NCBI GenBank assembly: GCA_963706595.1
Contig: OY970166.1
Coordinates: forward strand, 160,001-224,000
DNA: 64,000 bases
From: an uncultured cyanobacterium
Lineage (GTDB): Bacteria > Cyanobacteriota > Cyanobacteriia > Cyanobacteriales > Nostocaceae
Reading direction: 5' to 3'
Below are positions 1 to 10,727 of this stretch, piece by piece. The position numbers and the translations under genes were made by a program. The notes under the pieces were generated by a model, which was not told the origin of the DNA, did not search any database, and saw nothing but the letters and a program-made list of their open reading frames with translations. The stretch's first letter is position 1. Every line of letters begins with the position of its first letter.

Positions 1-21
1 GACTCAATGAGGCTGTAGGGA

Positions 22-86
22 AGAAGCAGGGGAGCAGGGGGAGTTGGAAATTGCTTTACACGGAAGGTTTTAACAACCTTTCCTCT

Positions 87-90
<4 letters not shown>
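22..90. repeat. Dispersed intergenic repeat (related copy at about 9704-9790)
   Basis: Shared skeleton agaagcaggggagcaggg...gagttggaaatt..tttacac...ttaacaacc at both loci. Confidence 0.55.
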
Positions 91-149
<59 letters not shown>

Positions 150-161
150 TCCCCCCAATTC

Positions 162-1145
162 TTAAACTCGCATCGCCACCATTTTCTCCACAGCTTCCAC
201 AATTTGTTCTGGTTGAATAATTGTTAACCGTTCCAAATTACCGTTGTAAGGTGTGGGGATATCTTGAGAAGAAAGCCGCAGCACTGGCGCATCCAATTCA
301 TCAAACAAGCGGTCATTGATAGAGGCGGTTAATTCTGCACCAATACCGCCAGTTCTCATACACTCTTCCACAATAATAACTCGATGGGTTTTGCGTATGG
401 ATGCACCAATGGTATCAAAATCTAAAGGTTTGAGTGATATTAAATCAATAACTTCTGGATCAAAACCTTGTTTTTCTAAAGTTTTCACGGCTTGCAATAC
501 ATGATGGCGCATCCGTGAGTAAGTAAGAATTGTGACATCTTTGCCCTGACGCACAACTTCTGCTTTATCCAAAGGTAGGAAATATTCTTCTTCTGGTAAA
601 TCTTCTTTTAAGTTGTAAAGCAGAACGTGTTCAAAAAACAATACTGGATTATTGTCACGAATCGCCGATTTTAGTAAACCTTTAGCGTTGTAAGGTGTAG
701 AACAGGCAACAATTTTTAATCCAGGAACCGCTTGAAAGTAAGCTTCTAAGCGTTGAGAATGTTCTGCACCTAATTGTCTACCCACACCGCCCGGACCACG
801 AATCACCATCGGGATTTTAAAGTTACCGCCGGAAGTATAACGTAGCATTCCCGCGTTGTTGGAGATTTGGTTAAAGGCCAAGAGCAAAAAGCCCATATTC
901 ATGCCTTCAATTATCGGACGTAACCCAGTCATAGCTGCGCCCACAGCCATTCCAGTAAAACTGTTTTCAGCAATGGGAGTATCAAGGATGCGGAGTTCGC
1001 CATACTTTTTGTATAAGTCCTTAGTAACTTTGTAGGAACCGCCATAGTGTCCTACATCTTCACCCATAACAAATACAGTTGCATCACGCGCCATTTCTTC
1101 ATCAATGGCTTCCCGCAGAGCGTTAAAAAATAGTGTTTCTGCCAT
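162..1145 (-). CDS. pdhB: Pyruvate dehydrogenase E1 beta subunit
   Basis: [20 protein letters not shown] and GAEHSQ motifs; 327 aa. Confidence 0.97.
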   Translation of the reverse strand: MAETLFFNALREAIDEEMARDATVFVMGEDVGHYGGSYKVTKDLYKKYGELRILDTPIAENSFTGMAVGAAMTGLRPIIEGMNMGFLLLAFNQISNNAGMLRYTSGGNFKIPMVIRGPGGVGRQLGAEHSQRLEAYFQAVPGLKIVACSTPYNAKGLLKSAIRDNNPVLFFEHVLLYNLKEDLPEEEYFLPLDKAEVVRQGKDVTILTYSRMRHHVLQAVKTLEKQGFDPEVIDLISLKPLDFDTIGASIRKTHRVIIVEECMRTGGIGAELTASINDRLFDELDAPVLRLSSQDIPTPYNGNLERLTIIQPEQIVEAVEKMVAMRV

Positions 1146-1373
1146 TTAGACCTTATAGTAAAACTATTGTTTTAGAATCTTATCGTGCTACCGTAGCAAA
1201 TATCGTGAGCGATCGCACTAGATCAGAGATTGATTTTTGCCAGACATTCCTCTAGGCAAGGATACGCGAATTTTAAACAGATTATCGCTGTTTTTTGACT
1301 TTTTTCCCAGTCAAAAACAACCTAAATATTTCTAACTCCAGGTCGATGGCTATTACAGGTATTTTCAGGTAAA

Positions 1374-1459
1374 GGAACACCACGAAATTAATTACCCCAT
1401 TTCATCAGACCATATTTGTTCTTTATCCCCCCTGCTCCCTGCTCCCTGCTCCCCTGCCT
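1374..1459. repeat. Partial copy of the MITE-like element at 28328-28453 (inverted)
   Basis: 1391-1459 is nearly the exact reverse complement of 28366-28434. Confidence 0.8.
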
Positions 1460-1466
1460 CTTTTGC

Positions 1467-2600
1467 TCAATTCCTATTCACATCCTCTAAACGCGAAGTT
1501 TCCAAACGATTCATCCATTTTTGCAAATAGACATGATTCGCAGTTTGTTCAGATGCATCTTGAGTATCCAGAGGATAAGGCATCAGTCCCAAAATCGTTG
1601 CTGTCGTCACACAAAACATTGACTTTTGGAAGCTGATACAAATTTGCACGCGTAAATCATCTTCACCCCGAAGACTGCGACGATAAATGTTGTGTAAATA
1701 ATCAGGAAGATAATGACGCATATCCTGCATCAGCAAAGTGGGAGGAATACCAGCACCACCGATAGGCAAAGGATCAGCATATAGTGCGCCATACTGAAAT
1801 CGACTTTGATCTAGGGGAATTTGATATGCTTGGGCATTGTAGGAAACTGTGCCATGAAAAGGAGTTCCCCGAAAGAACACCGCTTCTACATAAGGGATGG
1901 CTGTATCTGCAAGAAAAGTTAAACCCTGAGATTTCGGAATGATTTCATAGACTTGATTTTCAATTTTAACAGCGTAGGTAATAGGCTTTACCGCATCTGC
2001 TACCAATGCATTTTTAATGTGGTCTACAACTTCAGGTATAGTTTGAATTTCGCCTCGGTCGTAGCGGTCTGATAAATCCAGGAACATATCAGCCATCACC
2101 CGCCAAAATTGACCTAAACCAGTGTAATAAGCCGAGACGCGCAGCATTTCCGTTAAAAAGTCAGGAAATAGTTGGTTTAATCCCATGATGATGGGATTAT
2201 TTTTAAATTTTGCTTGAATAACTGCTTGCGCTCTTTCTTGAAATTCTGGTGTATCTAAATATTGATCTAGTCCTCCACCACCATGCCACATCATGGCCTT
2301 CATACAATATTCGGCATATTCAAAGTTAATTCTGTCATGCCACCAATGACGCATTAATTTAGAGAAAGAAATCTCGCCATTAAAGTATTTAAAAAACGGG
2401 AAAAATATCAAAAATTGATGTTCAGCAATATAAATAAGATTATTTGAATAGGCATCTAAAACTACACCATAGCTTTTGAGTATGCCGACTACTTCCAATA
2501 CATTATCTGGACTATCGGGAAGTAATGCACCTCCTTTTTGTAGGCGTTCGATATATTCTGCTAAAGGATGATTAGCAGGTTTTTTGCTTTTAGTTACCAT
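1467..2600 (-). CDS. cupB: CO2 hydration protein CupB (ChpX)
   Basis: HWWHDRINFEYAEYC and GGAGIPPTLLMQDM motifs; 377 aa; downstream of ndhF4/ndhD4. Confidence 0.93.
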   Translation of the reverse strand: MVTKSKKPANHPLAEYIERLQKGGALLPDSPDNVLEVVGILKSYGVVLDAYSNNLIYIAEHQFLIFFPFFKYFNGEISFSKLMRHWWHDRINFEYAEYCMKAMMWHGGGGLDQYLDTPEFQERAQAVIQAKFKNNPIIMGLNQLFPDFLTEMLRVSAYYTGLGQFWRVMADMFLDLSDRYDRGEIQTIPEVVDHIKNALVADAVKPITYAVKIENQVYEIIPKSQGLTFLADTAIPYVEAVFFRGTPFHGTVSYNAQAYQIPLDQSRFQYGALYADPLPIGGAGIPPTLLMQDMRHYLPDYLHNIYRRSLRGEDDLRVQICISFQKSMFCVTTATILGLMPYPLDTQDASEQTANHVYLQKWMNRLETSRLEDVNRN

Positions 2601-2696
2601 GACCAGTTCTCCACGATTTACAGGTTTTAGGGATGAGGTATTCGGTATTCGGTATTAGGAACACTCTTCCCCAGTCCCCAGTCCCTAGTCCCGATA

Positions 2697-4199
2697 TTAA
2701 GTTTTGCTTTTTGCTTTATCTAAAGACACTGTAGCTACTACATTTTGGGTATTAACCATAGCGGTGATTGTCGGTTCAGTCCAGCGCACTAACCAAGCGG
2801 GTTGAATGCCTAAAATTACAATTAACACTGCTAAAATTACGGCAGGTATGCGATCGCTCCAAAATACGCGCGGTAAGTTGGTAACTTGTGCCGATAATCG
2901 CCCAAAAAAGGCACGATCCATCAGAATTAAGAAGTAAACGGCAGTTAAGCCTGTACCAATCATAGATATCAGGGTCTGCAAGGGAAAAACGGGATAACTA
3001 CCCCGAAAAACGATAAATTCGGAAATAAAGCCCACCATTCCCGGTACACCAGCGCTGGCCATGACTCCTAAAACCATTAAACTACCAATTACGGGTAAAC
3101 CCCGTTCTGGGTTCAACAGTCCTTTAATTACATTTAAGTCACGGCTACCAGCTTTTTTGTAAACAACCCCTACCAGCAAAAACAGCAGTGCAGAAATCAA
3201 GCCGTGGCTAATCATTTGCATGACAGCGCCCAAGGTGCTTAAAGGTGTAGCCGCAGCCGCCGCTAAGAGGATGTAACCCATGTGTCCAATTGAACTATAG
3301 GCTACCATTTTTTTCATATCTGTTTGCGCGATCGCACAGGATGAGCCAAATAGTACACTGATTACAGCCCAAGTTGCTAACCAAGGAGCTAAATAAGTCC
3401 AAGCTTCTGGTAACAAGTTCATCCCAAAGCGCAGTAAACCATAGGTTCCTAACTTCAATAACACTCCCGCCAACAGCACAGAAATGGGTGTAGAAGCTTC
3501 CACGTGGGCATCTGGTAGCCAGGTGTGAAAGGGAACCAAGGGAATCTTAATCCCAAAACCGATTAAAATTCCTCCTAGTAGTAATAGCTGAGTTGTCAAA
3601 GACAAAGTTGAGGTATCTAAACTTTCTAGTGCAAAACTAGCAGAACCACTCAGCCAAACCATACCCAGGAAACTTGCCAAAATTAAGATGCCAGAAACAG
3701 CCGTATAAATCAGAAATTTTGTGGCTGCATAACTGCGTCTTGCACCGCCCCAAATGGCAATTAACAGATATAAAGGTATTAGTTCCAGTTCATAAAACAG
3801 GAAAAATAATAATAAATCTTGTGCCAAAAATGCTCCTATCACCCCAGCACTTAACAGCAGGATTAAGGAGTAATAAAATCTCGGACGCTGAAGGGTTGCA
3901 TCACTGCTGTAAATGGCAATACAAGTTAACAGTCCATTCAAAAGCAGTAACGGTAAAGATAAACCATCTATGCCTAAATTATAATTCAAGCCCAAAGAAT
4001 CAATCCAGGGGATAAACTCGGCAAACTGCTGATTGACTTCTGCCGGATTGAATTTTATTGCTAGTAAAATTGTCCACAAGAAAATCAGAATGGCGAACAG
4101 GAAAGCCACTCTGCGAGAAAGTTTCCCACTCATTTGTGTAGGCCAGAAACCGATTAAAGCTGCACCCAATAACGGCAGTAAAATTAATGCACTCAGCAT
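2697..4199 (-). CDS. ndhD4: NDH-1 subunit D4 (CO2 uptake)
   Basis: NuoM-type membrane protein (PFHTWLPDAHVEA); lies between ndhF4 and cupB. Confidence 0.92.
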   Translation of the reverse strand: MLSALILLPLLGAALIGFWPTQMSGKLSRRVAFLFAILIFLWTILLAIKFNPAEVNQQFAEFIPWIDSLGLNYNLGIDGLSLPLLLLNGLLTCIAIYSSDATLQRPRFYYSLILLLSAGVIGAFLAQDLLLFFLFYELELIPLYLLIAIWGGARRSYAATKFLIYTAVSGILILASFLGMVWLSGSASFALESLDTSTLSLTTQLLLLGGILIGFGIKIPLVPFHTWLPDAHVEASTPISVLLAGVLLKLGTYGLLRFGMNLLPEAWTYLAPWLATWAVISVLFGSSCAIAQTDMKKMVAYSSIGHMGYILLAAAAATPLSTLGAVMQMISHGLISALLFLLVGVVYKKAGSRDLNVIKGLLNPERGLPVIGSLMVLGVMASAGVPGMVGFISEFIVFRGSYPVFPLQTLISMIGTGLTAVYFLILMDRAFFGRLSAQVTNLPRVFWSDRIPAVILAVLIVILGIQPAWLVRWTEPTITAMVNTQNVVATVSLDKAKSKT

Positions 4200-4252
4200 A
4201 GGCAGAACGAGGTAATAGGAGACAAGAAAAAAAGCAAAAAAATAATCTTATT

Positions 4253-4332
4253 GTAGAGACGCGATTCATCGCGTCTTTATTCATCTTTGATCATCGCGTC
4301 TTTATTCATCGCTTTGATTAATCGCCTCTTTA
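4253..4332. repeat. GTAG-type REP-like palindrome with decayed partial duplications
   Basis: GTAGAGACGCGATTCATCGCGTCT; tcatcgcgtctttattcatc occurs twice; related copies at 21442-21468 and 63946-63971. Confidence 0.75.
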
Positions 4333-4335
4333 CTT

Positions 4336-6192
4336 TTAAAAAGGTAATTTATCTAATAGACCTAACGACCAGCTAATAAAAAAGCCCAAGACGCTAATCA
4401 CTACGAGTATGGTCAACATATACCCTTGAGATTGACCAGAAATGCTGTATTTTAAACCTTGTCCGCCGAGAATTGTGGCAAATCCTACCAAGTTGACAAA
4501 ACCATCAACGAGATAGCGATCGCTCCAAGCAGAAAACTTCGATAGCAGGGCAACTGCATTGACTATCGTCAGCTTATAAATTCTATCAATGTAAAAATCA
4601 TAACCCAATAAGTCTTGCATAAATCTCCAGATCAGGATTCTGGAGCGTGACCATGCTTTATGCAGATACATTGTAGACCCTATAGCTACCCCAATGACAG
4701 TAGAAGAAAGCAGTATTAATAAGATGTACCAATCAAGACTTTCCCAATTGGGCAGCAGAAACCATTGCTGTAACATCAGGGGTAACAGTAAAGTTACCAC
4801 AGTCAGTGAAACCATGGGTAATGCCATCTGCCAGCCAACTTCCGGAGAACGCCGAGTTTTTTGTTGTGGTTTACCCCAAAATATTAATCTGAAGACTCGC
4901 GTCAAGTTCAAGGCTGTTAAGCCGTTGACTAATACTAAGATGGCAATTACCCAAGGGCTAGCATGAACTAAGCCGTCAGCCCATGCCAGCATAGACCAGA
5001 AGCTTCCCAGTGGTAGCAGTGTTACCATGCCCGCAGAACCAACAATAAAGGCGGTGGTGGTGGCTGGCATCCGTGACCACAATCCACCCATTTCTGTTAA
5101 ATCTTGGGTGCTAGTGGTGTAAATTACTGAACCGGAACTCATGAATAATAATGCTTTAGCGATCGCATGAGTTAACAGCAACATTAAGGCCACACCACCT
5201 TGTTCTAAACCCACGGCTAAAAAGACCAAGCCCATATATGCACTCGTGGAATGCGAGAGGGCGCGCTTAATATCAGTTTGCGCCAGTGCCACCAATGTTG
5301 CACCCACTGCCGTCAAAGTCCCTAGCACAACTAAGGTATCTAAAGCAATTGGGGACAGCGCTAATATTGGCTGAAGTTTATACAACACATACGCCCCACC
5401 ACCGACAACCAAAGAATTCCGCATCACTGAAGCCGGGTTAGGCCCTTCCATCGCTTCATCTAACCACAGGTGTAACGGAAATTGAGCGCATTTACCAGCC
5501 GGACCCGCAATCAATGCCAAACCCAGTAAACTCGATGTCAGTGGACTTAACTCAGCCGTTTGCGCCCATTCATATAAGTCAGAAAAATTCAAACTACCTG
5601 CTATAGTCGAAAGCGTGACTACGCCCATTAACAGTAGTAAATCTCCCACCCGCTTCGTTAAAAAAGCATCTCGCGCCGCCGTCACCACTAGGGGTTGAGC
5701 ATACCAGAAACCCACTAATAGGTAAGTAGAAAGAGTGAGAACTTCCAAAAGAGCATAGCTCAAAAACAAAGAATCACTGATGGCTAAACCAGACAGCGCC
5801 ATTTCAAAAAAGCCCACTAAGGCAAAGAAACGTGCCAGCGACCAGTCCTTTTCCATGTATCCCAGGGCATAAACTTGTGCTAACAGACTTAATCCGGTAA
5901 TTAAAACTGTAGCCCCGATGCTGACTGGTGACAGTTCCAAGGCAAACGATAAGTTAAAATCCGCAGCTTGGAACCAATTTATCACTAAAATTTCTGGTTC
6001 TTGATCCCAAATGTGCTTAAATACCAACAGGCTATGGGCAAAACCCGCAATAGTCGTTAACAAGTTCAAATATGCCGCTGGTCTAGGGCCTGTACGTTGA
6101 ATAATTCCCATTCCCCAGGGCAAAGTTACAAGTGCGCCAATTAAGCTATAAAATGGCACGCACCAACTTGTTGAAAATAGAAACTGATCCAT
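4336..6192 (-). CDS. ndhF4: NDH-1 subunit F4 (CO2 uptake)
   Basis: NuoL-type protein (GKCAQFPLHLWLDEAMEGP); operon with ndhD4-cupB. Confidence 0.92.
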   Translation of the reverse strand: MDQFLFSTSWCVPFYSLIGALVTLPWGMGIIQRTGPRPAAYLNLLTTIAGFAHSLLVFKHIWDQEPEILVINWFQAADFNLSFALELSPVSIGATVLITGLSLLAQVYALGYMEKDWSLARFFALVGFFEMALSGLAISDSLFLSYALLEVLTLSTYLLVGFWYAQPLVVTAARDAFLTKRVGDLLLLMGVVTLSTIAGSLNFSDLYEWAQTAELSPLTSSLLGLALIAGPAGKCAQFPLHLWLDEAMEGPNPASVMRNSLVVGGGAYVLYKLQPILALSPIALDTLVVLGTLTAVGATLVALAQTDIKRALSHSTSAYMGLVFLAVGLEQGGVALMLLLTHAIAKALLFMSSGSVIYTTSTQDLTEMGGLWSRMPATTTAFIVGSAGMVTLLPLGSFWSMLAWADGLVHASPWVIAILVLVNGLTALNLTRVFRLIFWGKPQQKTRRSPEVGWQMALPMVSLTVVTLLLPLMLQQWFLLPNWESLDWYILLILLSSTVIGVAIGSTMYLHKAWSRSRILIWRFMQDLLGYDFYIDRIYKLTIVNAVALLSKFSAWSDRYLVDGFVNLVGFATILGGQGLKYSISGQSQGYMLTILVVISVLGFFISWSLGLLDKLPF

Positions 6193-6851
6193 TGCAATTT
6201 TCCTTGACGACTCAGCCTTGATTTCTTTTTAAATATCCTTAAAACAATCATTTACTAAAAAAACAGTTCCTCCCACATAAATCTCTGGTTTTTTTAACTA
6301 TTTCCTGCTTAAATCTTGAATGAGTATTTTTTATTTAGCTTACCTTATTGTGGTATATTCAATATAACTTTACATATTTAAAAGCATTTACTCCTATTAC
6401 ATCATTTGTGCTTATAAATTCCTATTTCTATTTTCAGCAAATAAATTTATCCGATATATTTAAAAAAGTTATATATTTTTTACGTAATCGTTGTTGCCGT
6501 CCTCAAATCGGGCAAACTTAGAGATGGCAGAATGTACAGACATCAATATCCCCTTACCGGAATTGATTGCCCTCGCTATGAATGTCATTTTTTCAATGTC
6601 ATAAAAAAATTATAAAGCATAAGCGGCTGCGCCAGTAATCGATTAACTTCGATGGAGCAGAACGCGGTATAAATATTTGTTAAGTTTTTTAAAACTATTT
6701 TATCATAAACTATTATACTAATTTATATTGCCAGGAAGACCAAGCTTTCCTATGCTTAATATAGAAGTGTTTTTATGGCTCAAGATGGGCCATTCCCGTT
6801 AAACATTTCACAACACAGTACTGATCGGATTAAAATTTTAGGAGTTCTGCG

Positions 6852-7160
6852 ATGCCAATTGCAGTGGGAATGATTGAGACTAAAGGCTTTCCAGCAGTAG
6901 TAGAAGCTGCTGACGCGATGGTGAAGGCCGCGCGTGTTACGTTAGTAGGATATGAAAAAATTGGTAGCGCTAGGGTAACGGTGATTGTGCGGGGAGATGT
7001 ATCCGAAGTGCAAGCTTCGGTCTCTGCTGGCGTTGAAGCGGCCAGAAGAGTGAATGGTGGTGAAGTATTATCAACTCACATCATTGCCCGTCCCCACGAA
7101 AACCTAGAATACGTCTTGCCGATCCGGTATACGGAAGCTGTAGAACAGTTCCGCACTTAA
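6852..7160 (+). CDS. ccmK2: Carboxysome shell hexamer CcmK2
   Basis: BMC domain, 102 aa, AGGAG RBS; first gene of the ccm operon. Confidence 0.9.
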   Translation: MPIAVGMIETKGFPAVVEAADAMVKAARVTLVGYEKIGSARVTVIVRGDVSEVQASVSAGVEAARRVNGGEVLSTHIIARPHENLEYVLPIRYTEAVEQFRT

Positions 7161-7254
7161 AAGCTGATTAAACAAACAAAGTAATGAACAGGGTTACTGC
7201 CTTGAGCGCAACTTTTGTCAAGGACTAAAAACTTTAAATTCAGGATTAGAACTA

Positions 7255-7599
7255 ATGTCAATCGCAGTAGGAATGGTAGAAACGCTGGGCTTTCCAGCAG
7301 TAGTTGAAGCGGCTGATGCGATGGTGAAAGCCGCTCGCGTTACGTTGGTGGGTTATGAAAAAATCGGTAGCGGTCGAGTTACAGTCATCGTTCGCGGTGA
7401 CGTTTCCGAAGTGCAAGCTTCCGTGGGTGCTGGAGTAGAATCAGTCAAACGAGTCCACGGTGGAGAAGTATTATCTACCCATATCATTGCTCGTCCCCAC
7501 GAAAACTTGGAATACGTCCTACCAATTCGTTATACCGAAGACGTAGAACAATTCCGGGAAAATGTCAACGCGATTCGTCCTTTTGGTAGAAGACCGTAA
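7255..7599 (+). CDS. ccmK1: Carboxysome shell hexamer CcmK1
   Basis: BMC domain with C-terminal extension [13 protein letters not shown]. Confidence 0.9.
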   Translation: MSIAVGMVETLGFPAVVEAADAMVKAARVTLVGYEKIGSGRVTVIVRGDVSEVQASVGAGVESVKRVHGGEVLSTHIIARPHENLEYVLPIRYTEDVEQFRENVNAIRPFGRRP

Positions 7600-7605
7600 T
7601 TCGTA

Positions 7606-7908
7606 ATGCAAATTGCCAAAGTTCGTGGCACAGTAGTCGGCACGCAAAAAGATCCAAGTCTTCGAGGTGTCAAACTACTGTTGTTGCAATTAGTCGATGA
7701 AGAAGGAAATCTCCTGCCCAGCTACGAGGTAGCAGCAGATACCGTAGGTGCAGGAGCAGATGAGTGGGTGCTAGTCACTCGTGGTAGTGCCGCTCGTCAA
7801 ATTCTCGGTAACGAACAGCGTCCTTTGGATGCAGCAGTAGTGGCGATTATTGATACCATTCATTTGGAAAATCGCCTTATGTACAGCAAAAAAGAGCAGT
7901 ATCGATAG
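7606..7908 (+). CDS. ccmL: Carboxysome vertex protein CcmL
   Basis: EutN/CcmL motifs (MQIAKVRGTVV, GSAAR); operon position. Confidence 0.95.
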   Translation: MQIAKVRGTVVGTQKDPSLRGVKLLLLQLVDEEGNLLPSYEVAADTVGAGADEWVLVTRGSAARQILGNEQRPLDAAVVAIIDTIHLENRLMYSKKEQYR

Positions 7909-7996
7909 TCAGTGAACAGTAAACAGTGAGCAGTGAGCAGTAAAAAGACTGATAACTGATAACTGACAAAAAGCTTAATTCAGGAGGAATCTCGCA

Positions 7997-9677
7997 ATGG
8001 TAGTCCGCAGCACGGCAGCACCCCCAACCCCGTGGTCGAGGAATTTAGCCGAGCCAAAAATCCATGAAAGCGCATTTGTACATCCGGCTTCCAACATTAT
8101 TGGAGATGTCCGGATAGGCGCAAATGTAATCGTCGCTCCGGGGACCTCGATTAGAGCGGATGAAGGTACACCTTTTTGTATTGGTGAAAATACTAATATT
8201 CAAGATGGTGTAGTAATTCATGGATTGGATCAAGGCCGAGTCATTGGTGATGACCAAAATCAATACTCGGTATGGGTGGGGAAAAATGTTTCTATTACCC
8301 ACATGGCACTGATTCATGGGCCGGCCTATGTAGGCGATGATGCCTTCATTGGTTTTCGTTCCACGGTATTTAACGCTAGAGTCGGTGCAGGCTGCGTCAT
8401 CATGATGCACGCTTTAATTAAAGATGTAGAAATTCCTCCAGGTAAGTATGTACCTTCAGGATCAATCATTACTAGTCAGCATCAAGCTGACCGTTTGCCA
8501 AATGCTGAAGTTGCGGATCAGCAGTTCGCTCATCATGTGGTTGGGATTAATCAGTCTTTAAGAACTGGTTATTTGTGTGCTGCGGATAGCAAATGTATTG
8601 CACCCATTCGGGATGAGATTGCTAAATCTTATACAAATACTGGTATTACTGTTTTAGAGCTAGAAAGGAGTAGTGAAGTGTCGAGCAATAGCTTGGGTGC
8701 AGAAATCGTAGAACAGGTACGTTATCTTTTAAATCAAGGATTTAAAATTGGTACTGAACACGTAGATGAAAGACGTTTCCGGACTGGTTGTTGGCAGAGT
8801 TGCCAGCCCATTCAACCTGGATCAATCGGTGAAGCGATCGCAGCTTTAGAAAGCTGTCTGAGAGAGCATAGCGGCGATTATGTCCGGTTGTTTGGCATTG
8901 ATAATGGTAGACGGCGCGTGTTAGAAACCATTATTCAACGCCCTGATGGTGTAGTGAGTGGGATTAAATCTAGCGGCTTTAAAGCACCGGCTAGTAATGG
9001 TAATGGTAACGGTAATGGTCGTTACAGGTACTAATGGCAATGGTCACGTTGCCAGCAGTGGCGCACTGAGTAGCGAAACCATAGACCAAATTCGTAGTTT
9101 GCTGTCAAGCGGTTACAAAATTGGTACAGAACACGTAGATGAACGCCGTTTTCGGACTGGTTCTTGGAACAGCTGCAAACCCATTGAATCAACTTCTGCA
9201 AATGAAGTGATTGCTGCCTTGGAAGAATGTATAGAATCGCATCAAGGCGACTATGTGCGTTTAATCGGTATTGATGCCAAAGCCAAACGGCGGGTTTTAG
9301 AAAGCATTATCCAAAGACCAAACGGACAAGTTGCCCCATCTGATACCAAAAAATCCTTTAGCAGCAGCAGTTATGGCACTGCTACAGCCACAGCCACAGC
9401 TACCGCTACCAGTACCAAATTGAGTACTGAAGCAGTAGACCAAATCCGGCAAATTTTGGCTGGTGGATATAAAGTGAGTGCTGAACACGTAGATCAAAGA
9501 CGGTTCCGTACAGGTTCTTGGGCTAGCTGTGGTCAAATTGACACCAGATCCGACAGAGAAGCGATCGCCGTCTTGGAAGGATACCTCGCTGAATATCCTG
9601 AAGAATATGTGCGTTTGATTGGTATCGACACCAAAGCCAAACGCCGCATCTTAGAGACGATTATCCAACGTCCTTAA
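7997..9677 (+). CDS. ccmM: Carboxysome scaffold CcmM (gamma-CA domain + 3 RbcS-like domains), split by a +1 frameshift near 9027
   Basis: ORFs 7997-9034 and 8958-9677 join into one CcmM if one G of 9027-9028 is removed; three EHVD(E/Q)RRFRTG repeats. Confidence 0.93.
8666..8680 (+). promoter_or_regulatory. Internal RBS and GTG start for the short CcmM isoform
   Basis: AGGAG at 8666-8670 and an in-frame GTG at 8678, just before the first RbcS-like domain. Confidence 0.7.
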
Positions 9678-9703
9678 AGAGAGGGGAGTAGGGAGTAGGA
9701 AAA

Positions 9704-9790
9704 AGAAGCAGGGGAGCAGGGAGCAGGGAGCAGGGGTGAGTTGGAAATTAGTTTACACTCACTCCCGGTTGCTTAACAACCGTTGCCCTT
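9704..9790. repeat. Dispersed intergenic repeat with GGGAGCA heptamers (related to 22-90)
   Basis: Sequence similarity to the window start. Confidence 0.55.
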
Positions 9791-9882
9791 CAGCCTTCTC
9801 GCACCCTGCTCCATTCCCCTCTGCCTTTTCCCAGTCCCTCCTCAACACTGATATTTTTCCGGCTTCCGAGGTTAAAATTTCC

Positions 9883-10680
9883 ATGTCTGTGCCGCCACTG
9901 CACCTTTGCAACAACTTCGACTCTTACACGAGTGGCGAGGTGACTATTCATCCCAGCGCAGTACTTGCACCTGGAGTGATACTTCAAGCGGCTGTAAACA
10001 GCAAGATGATCATCGGGCCAGGGGTCTGTATTGGGATGGGGTCAATTCTCCAAGTGAGTGAAGGAACCCTAGAGGTAGAAGCTGGAGCAAACTTGGGAGC
10101 CGGTTTCTTGATGGTTGGCCAAGGTAAAATCGGCGCAAATGCTTGTGTTGGTTCAGCAACCACAGTTTTTAACTGTTCTATTGAGCCGGGAACAGTAATT
10201 CCCCCAGGCTCAATTTTGGGAGACACCAGCCGAAAAATTGAGGACACACAACAACTGGAATCATCCACTAATAATGGTGCGAGTACCAGTCATGAAGAAC
10301 AGCCAGAAGCAAAAAATAGTTTAGATGCAGATGAGGAGACAGTGATATCCTCAACTACCATCTCAGCAAAGACTTACTGGAAATTTAAACACCAATCTAC
10401 TTCCTCTTCTGAGTCTTCGCCTACATCGTCAAGCCAGCCAGCACCTGTAGAATCTCCACCTGTAGACCCTCCACCTGTAGAACCTCCACCTGTAGAAGAA
10501 AATACCAACGCTACTAATCCCATTCCCCAGAAACCAAAATCTAGTCAGCCTCCCACTGAATCGCCTAATAGTTTCGGTCATCAAATTTATGGACAAGTAA
10601 GTATAAGTAGATTATTAGTTACATTATTTCCCCATAGGCAAACCTTAAATGACTTCATTTCTGACGATCAGTCTGAGTAA
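9883..10680 (+). CDS. ccmN: Carboxysome assembly protein CcmN
   Basis: Hexapeptide-repeat N-terminus, P/S-rich linker and C-terminal peptide IYGQVSISRLLVTLFPH; ATG 9883 preferred because the upstream extension is repeat DNA. Confidence 0.9.
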   Translation: MSVPPLHLCNNFDSYTSGEVTIHPSAVLAPGVILQAAVNSKMIIGPGVCIGMGSILQVSEGTLEVEAGANLGAGFLMVGQGKIGANACVGSATTVFNCSIEPGTVIPPGSILGDTSRKIEDTQQLESSTNNGASTSHEEQPEAKNSLDADEETVISSTTISAKTYWKFKHQSTSSSESSPTSSSQPAPVESPPVDPPPVEPPPVEENTNATNPIPQKPKSSQPPTESPNSFGHQIYGQVSISRLLVTLFPHRQTLNDFISDDQSE

Positions 10681-10727
10681 GTGTTAATTGTTAGTTGTCG
10701 GTTTCGTGAGTAATTTGGAAAATTCAC

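Noticed and set aside
9000..9040. Programmed ribosomal frameshift in ccmM
   Set aside because: No slippery run or obvious stimulatory structure is present, and a single extra G explains the break.
9736..9882. N-terminal extension of CcmN given by the ORF track
   Set aside because: It is translated repeat DNA; the CcmN-like sequence starts at ATG 9883.
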